DNA of 38,578 nucleotides from Minisyncoccota bacterium (lineage in GTDB: Bacteria; Patescibacteriota; Minisyncoccia; Phycocordibacterales; UBA5272): assembly GCA_022843645.1 (NCBI GenBank), contig JALHNF010000001.1, positions 1 to 38,578 on the forward strand, given 5' to 3'. A program made the position numbers and the translations under genes. The notes under the pieces are model-generated. The model was not told the DNA's origin and made no database searches. It saw only the letters and a program-made list of their open reading frames with translations. This document shows, piece by piece, positions 32,536 to 38,578 of the stretch (position 1 is the first letter of the stretch; each line of letters opens with the position of its first letter).

Positions 32536-32564
32536 TCTTGAATTCATAACTACTTACAATAACT

Positions 32565-32999
32565 ATGGGAAAAAAACGAATTGTTAAAAAAGCAGGATCT
32601 ACAATGGATCAAGGTCTCAAGGCTCGATCTTTAGCTAAACTTGTTAAACGGAAGCTCACACACGGGGTTCTTCATGTTGAAGCAACCTACAACAATACAA
32701 AAGTAACCCTCTCTGATCTTGAAGGAAACACTCTCGCATGGTCTTCAAGCGGAGCACTTGGGTTTAAGGGTGCAAAAAAAGGCACACCTTTCGCGGCATC
32801 TAAAATCGGTGAACTCCTAGGAGAAAAAGCTCTTCAGGCTGGCATCAAAGAAATTGACGTTATTATCAAAGGTGTTGGCTCTGGTCGAGAAGGAGCGCTC
32901 CGAGCATTTATTGCTCATGGAATCGAAGTCCGCACCATCAAAGACAGAACCCCAATCCCTCACAATGGTCCAAAGGCACCTAAGCCACGACGTGTATAA
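32565..32999 (+). CDS. rpsK: 30S ribosomal protein S11
   Basis: GVLHVEATYNNTKVTLSD..GNTLAWSSSGALGFKGAKKGTPFAA and DRTPIPHNGPKAPKPRRV. Confidence 0.95.
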   Translation: MGKKRIVKKAGSTMDQGLKARSLAKLVKRKLTHGVLHVEATYNNTKVTLSDLEGNTLAWSSSGALGFKGAKKGTPFAASKIGELLGEKALQAGIKEIDVIIKGVGSGREGALRAFIAHGIEVRTIKDRTPIPHNGPKAPKPRRV

Positions 33000-33014
33000 T
33001 CCTTCTATAATTGT

Positions 33015-33614
33015 ATGAAACTTAAAGCAAAAATCGCACGACGAATCGGTGAACCACTCATTGGCCAAGCAAAGAAAGTCTCGGTCATCAAAAGAAATTT
33101 CCCACCAGGACGGCTCGACTCACAACGAAAACACAAAACTTCATCATCCGAATACAAAGGACAGATGAAAGAAAAGCAGAAGGTACGTTTTAGTTATGGA
33201 CTCAAAGAACATCAGTTCAAGTCATACGTAAAAGCAGCTGCTCTTACAAAAAACCCAACAGAGACTCTCTTTGGCACCCTTGAACACCGCCTCGATAACG
33301 TTGTATACCGCTCTGGATTCGCAAAGACAAGACAGCACGCACGACAACTTGTAACTCACGGACACGTGACCGTAAACGGCAAAAAACTTAATGTTCCTTC
33401 CTACATCACAAAAAAGAATGATGTTGTCGCTATCCGTGAGGGTAGTGTAGGAAAGAGTCCGTTTCTTCTTGTTAAAGAAACTATCAAGGAACATAAAGAG
33501 CCTTTATGGCTTAAAGTAGATAAGATGGAGTTAAAGTCAGAAGTTACAAGTGAGCCAAAAGACACAGAGCGATCCTTCAACCTCCAAACAGTACTCGAGC
33601 TCTACAGTCGCTAA
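33015..33614 (+). CDS. rpsD: 30S ribosomal protein S4 (no N-terminal Cys cluster)
   Basis: SEYKGQMKEKQKVRFSYGLKEHQF, LEHRLDNVVYRSGFAKTRQHARQLVTHGHVTVNGKK. Confidence 0.95.
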   Translation: MKLKAKIARRIGEPLIGQAKKVSVIKRNFPPGRLDSQRKHKTSSSEYKGQMKEKQKVRFSYGLKEHQFKSYVKAAALTKNPTETLFGTLEHRLDNVVYRSGFAKTRQHARQLVTHGHVTVNGKKLNVPSYITKKNDVVAIREGSVGKSPFLLVKETIKEHKEPLWLKVDKMELKSEVTSEPKDTERSFNLQTVLELYSR

Positions 33615-33690
33615 AAGTGGATAAACTGTTTGCATTTTGTCAAGCGGTACTGTATAATTTATAAATTCTAGTCTGTTCGAGCGTATATTT

Positions 33691-34626
33691 ATGTCACATT
33701 CAATACTTTTACCTTCCAAACCAAAAATAGTTTCGGAAGATGCGTTTTCTGGCGTTTATGAGATAGACGGCCTTTACCCTGGGTATGGTCATACATTAGG
33801 TAACTCATTACGAAGAATCATTCTTTCGTCGTTGCCTGGTGTTGCCATCACATCAGTTAAAATTGATGGCGTTGACCATGAGTTCTCAACAATTCCTGGA
33901 ATTAAGGAAGATGTTATTACTATTCTCTTGAACCTAAAGCGCATCCGATTTGCCATGGCAAGTGATGAGCCTCAAGTGGTGACAATCGATGTAAAAGGTG
34001 AACGTATTGTTACCGCAAAAGATATCGATGTGGGAGGACAAGTGGAGATAACCACAAAAGATCAATACATCTGCGAACTTACACAAAAGAGCACTGTTTT
34101 TTCAGTCGAAATGACACTCGAAAAAGATCTCGGATACGTTTCTAAAGAAAATCTTCGAAAAGAAAAAACCCCGATCGGAACCATTGCTCTTGATGCCTCA
34201 TTTACACCTATCAGACGAGTAAGCTACGAAGTCGAAAATATGCGCGTTGGCGACAGAACAGACCACAACAGACTTCGCCTCATCATCGAAACAGATGGCA
34301 CTATCAGTCCACGAAAAGCCCTCGAGACTTCTATCGAGACAATGATCACACAGTTACAGTCAATTGTTGGATTTCGAGAAAGTTTATCCGCTCAAGCAAA
34401 TGAGGTCGAAGTCAAAGAAGACGTAGATCTGACTAAGATAAAAATTGAAGATCTAGACATTTCAAAACGATCTCAAAACGCACTCCTAGAAGTGGGTATA
34501 AAATCGGTCGCAGGACTCGCTCGAAAGTCATCTCAAGACCTGTTAGAAATTGACGGTATTGCAGAAAAGGGTGTTGAGGAAATTCGTGAAGCACTTGTAA
34601 AGTTTGGTGTCACGTTAAAAGATTAA
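33691..34626 (+). CDS. rpoA: DNA-directed RNA polymerase subunit alpha
   Basis: GYGHTLGNSLRRILLSS-type motif (GHTLGNSLRRIILSSLPG). C-terminal domain with IEDLDISKRSQNALLEVGIKSVAGL. Confidence 0.95.
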   Translation: MSHSILLPSKPKIVSEDAFSGVYEIDGLYPGYGHTLGNSLRRIILSSLPGVAITSVKIDGVDHEFSTIPGIKEDVITILLNLKRIRFAMASDEPQVVTIDVKGERIVTAKDIDVGGQVEITTKDQYICELTQKSTVFSVEMTLEKDLGYVSKENLRKEKTPIGTIALDASFTPIRRVSYEVENMRVGDRTDHNRLRLIIETDGTISPRKALETSIETMITQLQSIVGFRESLSAQANEVEVKEDVDLTKIKIEDLDISKRSQNALLEVGIKSVAGLARKSSQDLLEIDGIAEKGVEEIREALVKFGVTLKD

Positions 34627-34634
34627 ATTAAGGT

Positions 34635-34991
34635 ATGAATCATCATAAATCAGCTAGAAAGTTTGGTCGAGAGAAAAATGCGCGTACTGCACTCATGCGG
34701 AGTCTTGTACTTGCTTTGATTGACAAAGAAAGTATCACCACAACAGAAGCAAAGGCAAAAGAACTTCGACCAAGAATAGAAAAACTCGTTACGAAAGCAA
34801 AAGAGTCAACACTTGCAAACAAGCGAGTTGTATTAAGCCGGCTCTACAACAATACAAAAGCAATGCGAAAACTCTTTGGAGACATCTCTCCTCGTTTTGA
34901 GGGGGTAAGCGGTGGTTACACAAGAATCGTGAAGCTCGGGGCGCGCAAAGGTGACGCAAGTAAGATGGCAGTAATCGAATTTACCAAGTAG
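34635..34991 (+). CDS. rplQ: 50S ribosomal protein L17
   Basis: KFGREKNARTALMRSLVLALIDKESITTTEAKAKELRP..EKLVTKAK and GGYTRIVKLGARKGD. Confidence 0.95.
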   Translation: MNHHKSARKFGREKNARTALMRSLVLALIDKESITTTEAKAKELRPRIEKLVTKAKESTLANKRVVLSRLYNNTKAMRKLFGDISPRFEGVSGGYTRIVKLGARKGDASKMAVIEFTK

Positions 34992-34992
34992 T

Positions 34993-35337
34993 ATGAAATA
35001 CACAATCGACGCAACAAACCAATCTCTTGGAAGAATCGCCACACAGGTAGCTTCTATCTTGAATGGTAAAAATACTGTTACATTTGCAAAAAATAAAACT
35101 CCGAATAGTATCGTAGAAGTGACCAACGCTTCAAAGCTTAAAGTAACAGGTAAAAAAATGGATGTTTCTGTTCATAAAAAGTACTCTGGATATCCAGGAG
35201 GTCTTGTGGAAGAAAAGCTTTCTCATGTAGTGTCTAAAAAAGGCTACAGCGAGCTTATTCGCCATGCTGTTGAGGGAATGCTTCCTAAAAACAAGCTCCA
35301 GAAAATTCGCATGAAGCAATTAACAATTTCTGAATAA
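34993..35337 (+). CDS. rplM: 50S ribosomal protein L13 (short form)
   Basis: IDATNQSLGRIATQVASILNGK, KYSGYPGG, AVEGMLPKNKL. It is 114 aa. Confidence 0.85.
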   Translation: MKYTIDATNQSLGRIATQVASILNGKNTVTFAKNKTPNSIVEVTNASKLKVTGKKMDVSVHKKYSGYPGGLVEEKLSHVVSKKGYSELIRHAVEGMLPKNKLQKIRMKQLTISE

Positions 35338-35342
35338 GTGGT

Positions 35343-35741
35343 ATGACGACAAAAAAATACATTGAATCAGTAGGACGAAGAAAGACAGCCATTGCGCGAG
35401 TACGAATATCGGAAGCAGCAAAGAGAGTAATCACGGTCAACGACAAAGAGCTTTCTGTATATTTCCCAACAAAAGAGCTTCAAATGATTGTACTCTCACC
35501 ACTCGAAGCAGGAGAGCTTGTACACACATACTCGGCATCTGTAAAAGTTCTTGGTGGAGGCATTCACGCACAAGCAGAAGCAGTGCGACACGGCCTTGCA
35601 CGTTCACTTGTAAAAAGTGAGCCAGCAATCAAGGACGCCCTCAAAAAACTCGACTTACTCAAGCGTGACCCTCGAGCGGTAGAACGAAAGAAATTCGGTC
35701 TCAAAAAAGCTCGTAAAGGTCCGACGTGGTCTAAGCGATAG
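35343..35741 (+). CDS. rpsI: 30S ribosomal protein S9
   Basis: VGRRKTAIARVRI, GGGIHAQAEAVRHGLARSL, LLKRDPRAVERKKFGLKKARKGPTWSKR. Confidence 0.95.
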   Translation: MTTKKYIESVGRRKTAIARVRISEAAKRVITVNDKELSVYFPTKELQMIVLSPLEAGELVHTYSASVKVLGGGIHAQAEAVRHGLARSLVKSEPAIKDALKKLDLLKRDPRAVERKKFGLKKARKGPTWSKR

Positions 35742-35753
35742 GAAAAACATTAT

Positions 35754-35786
35754 AAAAAAAACCGTGGAATCCTCCATGGTTTTTTT
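35754..35786 (+). terminator. intrinsic terminator after rpsI
   Basis: ACCGTGGA / TCCATGGT stem (one G-U pair), 4-nt loop, flanked by an A-run and TTTTTT. Confidence 0.7.
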
Positions 35787-35792
35787 ATAAGA

Positions 35793-35817
35793 AAGAACCC
35801 GAACAACGGGTTCTTTT
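35793..35817. terminator. second hairpin, probable terminator of the convergent minus-strand gene
   Basis: AAGAACCCG / CGGGTTCTT perfect 9-bp stem with a 5-nt loop. It lies 10 nt beyond the stop of 35828-36349 (-). Confidence 0.6.
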
Positions 35818-35827
35818 GGGGTGACAG

Positions 35828-36349
35828 TTATTGTCTCGGAAGGCGGGGGACAAGTTTTTCTAGTCCTTGTATGTCTTGAAAAATTAAGGATGCTAAATAT
35901 TTCCAGGACAAAGCATTTCGAGAAAAGGAACGCAGAGAGTACGTGTTTACATGGATGTTATTCTCAGGGTCTCCGTCCCATTCAAAATATCCAGGCCTAA
36001 ACGCTACATTTCCGAAACAGAAGAATACCATATCTTCGTACCGGTACGCTGGTCCAATTGACCCAGGGCTCGAGGAATCTATCTTGACTACAAAAGCAAC
36101 TTCGATGTCTCTTCCTGGTAATCCCCTAACATCATCTGTTTCTACTTCCTTCTGTTCACAAATGAAACGTTCAACCCCAGGAATAATCCTGCCGAACTCT
36201 TCGTCAGTAGGTAACACTACCTTTATCCTCTGAGAGAGCTCACCAAAATGTCTCAGCCAAGACTGTAACCTCTGAAAACCTTGCGCTGAGATGGGTTTGG
36301 TTTTTTTCGGAGCTATAGGAACATCTCTATCAATACTTTTTCTTGGCAC
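35828..36349 (-). CDS. orphan hypothetical protein (SD-led, own promoter)
   Basis: GTG 36349 is preceded by AAGGAG (36358-36363) with an 8-nt gap. 173-aa soluble ORF with no motif recognised. It is the only minus-strand gene between the r-protein cluster and grpE. Confidence 0.55.
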   Translation of the reverse strand: MPRKSIDRDVPIAPKKTKPISAQGFQRLQSWLRHFGELSQRIKVVLPTDEEFGRIIPGVERFICEQKEVETDDVRGLPGRDIEVAFVVKIDSSSPGSIGPAYRYEDMVFFCFGNVAFRPGYFEWDGDPENNIHVNTYSLRSFSRNALSWKYLASLIFQDIQGLEKLVPRLPRQ

Positions 36350-36400
36350 AGCACGATCTCCTTACGCTCATAAAACAACGGTTAACGAACAACTGATGTG

Positions 36401-36429
36401 ATACTACTTAAAGCACGAGTCACTGTCAA
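36401..36429 (-). promoter_or_regulatory. sigma70-type promoter TTGACA-17-TAGTAT
   Basis: The minus strand reads TTGACAgtgactcgtgctttaagTAGTAT, giving a ~45-nt leader to GTG 36349. Confidence 0.55.
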
Positions 36430-36474
36430 TGAATCGATGCAAAAACTGCCAAAATATGGTAGTTTTTTGTATAT

Positions 36475-37047
36475 ATGGATGAGAAAGAAATGAATGAAGA
36501 ATATAAAGATGATGTATCTTTTGAAGCAACAGACTCTGAAGGAGGCGAGGAGACAAAAGACTCAAAAATAAAAAAGCTTCGTGAAGAAATCGAAAAGTTG
36601 CGCAAGGAGCGTGATGAATACTTGACCGGCTGGCAGCGCGCAAAGGCAGACTATGTGAATCAAGCGAAAGCTCATGCTGAAGAACGTGCCGAACTCATTA
36701 AAAGCGCAGCGAGAAAAACTATTATCACTATTTTGCCGAGCCTCGATACATACGATCTTGCTAAAGGGAATACGGCTTCATGGAATGCGGTTGACCCAAA
36801 CTGGCGCATGGGCATTGAGTACATATTCCAACAGCTTTTGGGAAGCCTTGAGAGCGAGGGCTTAAAGAAGTTCGGTACGATAGGAGAGCCATTTGACCCA
36901 AACCTCCACCAGAGTATTGAAGCTATCCCAGTTTCTGATAGAATGCAAGACAATACCGTGATTGCAGTTTTGCAAAGTGGCTATATGCTACATGAGAAAG
37001 TGATACGTCCAGCGAAGGTGAATGTCGGCATATTTACACAAGAATAA
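36475..37047 (+). CDS. grpE: nucleotide exchange factor GrpE
   Basis: Acidic N-terminus, coiled coil [28 protein letters not shown], and a C-terminal beta domain [18 protein letters not shown]. Confidence 0.9.
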   Translation: MDEKEMNEEYKDDVSFEATDSEGGEETKDSKIKKLREEIEKLRKERDEYLTGWQRAKADYVNQAKAHAEERAELIKSAARKTIITILPSLDTYDLAKGNTASWNAVDPNWRMGIEYIFQQLLGSLESEGLKKFGTIGEPFDPNLHQSIEAIPVSDRMQDNTVIAVLQSGYMLHEKVIRPAKVNVGIFTQE

Positions 37048-37058
37048 CATTGAATTTT

Positions 37059-38578
37059 ATGGCAAAAATTATCGGAATTGACCTAGGAACGACAAATTCA
37101 GCGGTTGCCATTATTGAAGCAGGGCAGCCAAAAATAATTGAAAACATTGAAGGCAATAGAACAACTCCATCTATCGTGGCACAAGCAAAAAATGGAGAGC
37201 GTCTCGTTGGCCTTCTTGCAAAACGACAAGCGGTGACCAACCCTCACAACACCATCTATGGCGTAAAGCGCTACATGGGGCATCGCTTTGATGATACAGA
37301 AATCCAGAAAGATAAAGCTATTGTTCCGTACAAAATCAAAAAATCAGAGAACGGCGGTGTACATGTGGAAATGGATGGAAAAGACTATCGTCCAGAAGAA
37401 GTCTCTGCAATGATTTTGCAAAAAATCAAAACAGATGTGGAAGCAAAACTTGGCGAAAAAATTACCGAAGCGGTCATTACCGTTCCGGCATACTTCAACG
37501 ACTCACAGCGCCAAGCAACAAAAGACGCAGGTAAAATTGCCGGCCTTGATGTAAAACGCATCATCAATGAACCAACCGCCGCAGCGCTTGCGTACGGCTT
37601 TAACTCAAAAAAGAATCAGCAAATTGCTGTATACGACTTCGGAGGAGGAACGTTTGATGTTTCGATCCTTGAAGTAAGTGACGATGTGATAGAGGTGAAG
37701 TCAACCGACGGAGACTCACACTTAGGCGGTGAAGACATCGATCAAAAAATCGTAAAATGGATAGGAGACGAGTTTAAAAAAGAAAGCGGTATTGATGTGA
37801 CAGGCGACCCACTCGCGCTACAGCGCCTCAAAGAAGCAGCAGAAAAAGCGAAACATGAGCTCTCGACCACAATGGAGTCCGAGATTAATATTCCATTTAT
37901 CACCTCGGATGCGGCAGGTCCAAAGCACTTACTTTTGAAAATGTCTCGTGCGCAACTTGAGACACTTGCAAAAGAATACATCGACCGCTCGATTGAAATC
38001 ACAAAACGTGCGCTTGAAAACTCTCCGTTTAAGAAAGAAGATATCGACGAAGTGATCCTTGTAGGAGGGCAAACACGCATGCCCGCGATTGTAGAAGCAG
38101 TGAAAAGCTTCTTTGGTAAAGAGCCAAACAGAACCATCAACCCAGATGAAGTGGTAGCCCTCGGTGCCGCAGTGCAAGCCGGCGTACTTCAAGGTGACGT
38201 GAAAGACGTTCTCTTACTTGATGTTATTCCGCTTTCACTTGGCATTGAGACAATGGGAAATGTTGCCACAAAGCTTGTAGAGCGCAACACCACCATCCCA
38301 ACATCTCGCTCGCAAGTCTTTTCGACAGCGGCTGACAATCAAACTTCGGTAGAGATTCACATTGTACAAGGTGAACGCCCTATGGCAGCCGACAATAAGT
38401 CACTCGGACGTTTTGTACTTGACGGTATTCCCCCAAGCCCTCGTGGTGTACCACAGGTAGAGGTAACTTTTGACATCGATGCAAACGGAATTTTGCAAGT
38501 AAAAGCAAAAGACAAGACCTCTGGCAAAGAGCAGAGTATCCGTATTGAAGCGTCGTCTGGACTCAAAGAGGAAGACAT
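37059..38578 (+). CDS. dnaK: molecular chaperone DnaK (Hsp70), 3'-truncated by the window end
   Basis: [73 protein letters not shown]. It is absent from the ORF track because no stop codon occurs before the window end. Confidence 0.95.
   Translation, partial: MAKIIGIDLGTTNSAVAIIEAGQPKIIENIEGNRTTPSIVAQAKNGERLVGLLAKRQAVTNPHNTIYGVKRYMGHRFDDTEIQKDKAIVPYKIKKSENGGVHVEMDGKDYRPEEVSAMILQKIKTDVEAKLGEKITEAVITVPAYFNDSQRQATKDAGKIAGLDVKRIINEPTAAALAYGFNSKKNQQIAVYDFGGGTFDVSILEVSDDVIEVKSTDGDSHLGGEDIDQKIVKWIGDEFKKESGIDVTGDPLALQRLKEAAEKAKHELSTTMESEINIPFITSDAAGPKHLLLKMSRAQLETLAKEYIDRSIEITKRALENSPFKKEDIDEVILVGGQTRMPAIVEAVKSFFGKEPNRTINPDEVVALGAAVQAGVLQGDVKDVLLLDVIPLSLGIETMGNVATKLVERNTTIPTSRSQVFSTAADNQTSVEIHIVQGERPMAADNKSLGRFVLDGIPPSPRGVPQVEVTFDIDANGILQVKAKDKTSGKEQSIRIEASSGLKEED

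Noticed and set aside
36350-36474. Searched the grpE upstream region for a CIRCE element (TTAGCACTC-N9-GAGTGCTAA) or another heat-shock operator.
   Set aside because: Only a half-site-like ...TTAAAGCACGAG... is present, with no inverted partner. The AGCACGA direct repeat (36351, 36411) is too short to interpret.
1-38578. Looked for CRISPR arrays, IS elements or transposases, integrases, rRNA, alternative genetic code (UGA recoding), and group I/II introns.
   Set aside because: - No regularly spaced direct repeats were seen.
- No DDE, tyrosine or serine recombinase motifs were seen.
- No rRNA-like segments were seen.
- Conserved genes are full length under code 11, and TGA terminates ORFs (for example at 1076-1078).
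- The only tandem repeat is the coding 21-mer at 16498-16707.

Overview
This 38.6 kb window comes from a streamlined, moderately AT-rich bacterial chromosome. Hand counts on sample 60-nt lines give about 38-43% G+C for the backbone. The code is standard (11): conserved genes read through without in-frame stops, and TGA is used as a stop. Several features suggest a Patescibacteria/CPR-like organism, which is inference only. These are small housekeeping genes packed mostly on the + strand, AlaRS without a C-Ala domain, and a long Bacteroidetes/CPR-type LeuRS. A sigma70-region-4/HARE-HTH protein, a Gmad2 + eight-Cys secreted protein and very little biosynthesis point the same way.

Recognisable content:
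- Translation and housekeeping genes: leuS, alaS, mnmA, ychF, folD and tRNA-Ala(UGC).
- A ribosomal/RNAP cluster: infA-rpmJ-rpsM-rpsK-rpsD-rpoA-rplQ-rplM-rpsI, followed by grpE-dnaK (dnaK runs off the 3' end).
- A cell-envelope set: L,D-transpeptidase fusion, S11 DD-carboxypeptidase, MltG, CapA-family protein, DsbA-like oxidoreductase and a PG-binding secreted protein.
- Other genes: ECF sigma factor, class II photolyase, methyltransferase, DnaQ-like exonuclease, MgtC-family and EamA-family membrane proteins.
- No CRISPR array, IS element, integrase or rRNA was seen.

Most interesting observations:
1. LeuRS carries an in-frame ~140-160 aa insertion with a letter-perfect Nudix box inside its editing (CP1) region.
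2. Two classes of expression signals coexist. Most operon-leading genes have a (TGn)TATAxT box exactly 6-7 nt upstream of the ATG and no Shine-Dalgarno (leaderless-type). Four monocistronic orphan genes, three of them of clearly higher G+C, have canonical TTGACx-16/17-TAnnnT promoters, ~35-45 nt leaders, strong AAGGAGG sites and their own terminators.
3. A very AT-rich block of small orphan ORFs (about 25-33% G+C) lies at the 5' end.
4. An L,D-transpeptidase is fused to a catalytically degenerate PBP5/S11-like domain, two genes upstream of a bona fide S11 carboxypeptidase.
5. A fragment derived from the tRNA-Ala 5' half lies just upstream of the intact tRNA.

All functional calls are from motif recognition by eye. 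No database search was run.
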